A stretch of 15,691 nt of DNA, taken from IMG/VR virus record IMGVR_UViG_3300005077_001203; one strand, written 5' to 3'. The notes beneath the pieces were generated by a model that worked only from the letters and a program-made list of their open reading frames with translations, had not been told where the DNA came from and ran no database searches. Both the position numbers and the translations under genes were made by a program. This DNA comes from a virus. Positions 15,455-15,691 of this stretch are shown piece by piece; position 1 is the first letter of the stretch; each line of letters begins with the position of its first letter.

Positions 15455-15494
15455 CGCCGGCCGGCGCGGTCCGGTGGCTTAGAAAGGGACGGAC

Positions 15495-15691
15495 ATGACA
15501 ACGGACGTCGAAAAACGAGGCATCCAGGTGACCTTCCTCGACCAGACGGGGGCCAAGAGCGTCAAGGCCGTCATCTCTGAACGGGTCCAGGTCAAGAAGA
15601 TAATCCCCAACATCATCACCCAGATGAAGCTGCCCGTCACCAGCCCCGACGGCACTCCCATGGGCTACAGCCTGGATCACAAGGAGGGCGG
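15495..15691 (+). CDS. Ubiquitin-like beta-grasp protein; 5' portion only, runs off the window end
   Basis: AAAGGGA upstream. RGIQVTFLDQTGAKSVKAVISERVQVKKIIPNIITQMKLP aligns with ubiquitin [37 protein letters not shown]; the T-G-K position and the Pro after helix 1 are conserved. Lies immediately downstream of the E1-like gene. GC-rich codon style. Confidence 0.55.
   Translation, partial: MTTDVEKRGIQVTFLDQTGAKSVKAVISERVQVKKIIPNIITQMKLPVTSPDGTPMGYSLDHKEG

Noticed and set aside
1-15691. Searched for CRISPR repeats, tRNA-like cloverleaf candidates, IS terminal inverted repeats and integrase or transposase ORFs
   Set aside because: No regularly spaced short direct repeats, no long intergenic segments with tRNA-like features, and no ORF with recognisable transposase or integrase motifs were seen. 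The only repeats are the gene-internal or paralog duplications already described.

Overview
All supportable genes lie on the + strand as a dense array of about 27 CDS. No rRNA, tRNA, CRISPR array or transposase is visible. The window has three parts.

(1) From 0.5 to 8.9 kb there is a run of about 20 short ORFan genes. Most encode small membrane proteins with one to four predicted TM helices, and nearly all have AGGAGG-type ribosome-binding sites. This run includes two tandem paralog families.

(2) At 9245..12079 there is a 944-aa bacterial homolog of the eukaryotic major vault protein (MVP). It sits as an apparently monocistronic unit between two intrinsic terminators.

(3) Downstream there is a protein with two internal repeats, followed by three tandem paralogous genes of about 155 aa. 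The third paralog reads in frame into the C-terminal half of a ThiF/MoeB/E1-like adenylyltransferase. A partial ubiquitin-like (beta-grasp) gene follows at the window edge.

Codon usage changes abruptly at about 14466, from G/T-ending codons of moderate GC to nearly 100% GC-ending codons. This happens inside that continuous ORF. The E1/Ubl end is therefore either a very recent foreign insertion or gene fusion, or an assembly or construct chimera. It should not be taken as native to the MVP locus without checking.

Product calls other than MVP, E1 and Ubl are structural only (TM helices, repeats, paralogy), because I recognise no families for them. Start codons for the small genes were chosen by RBS position and are approximate.
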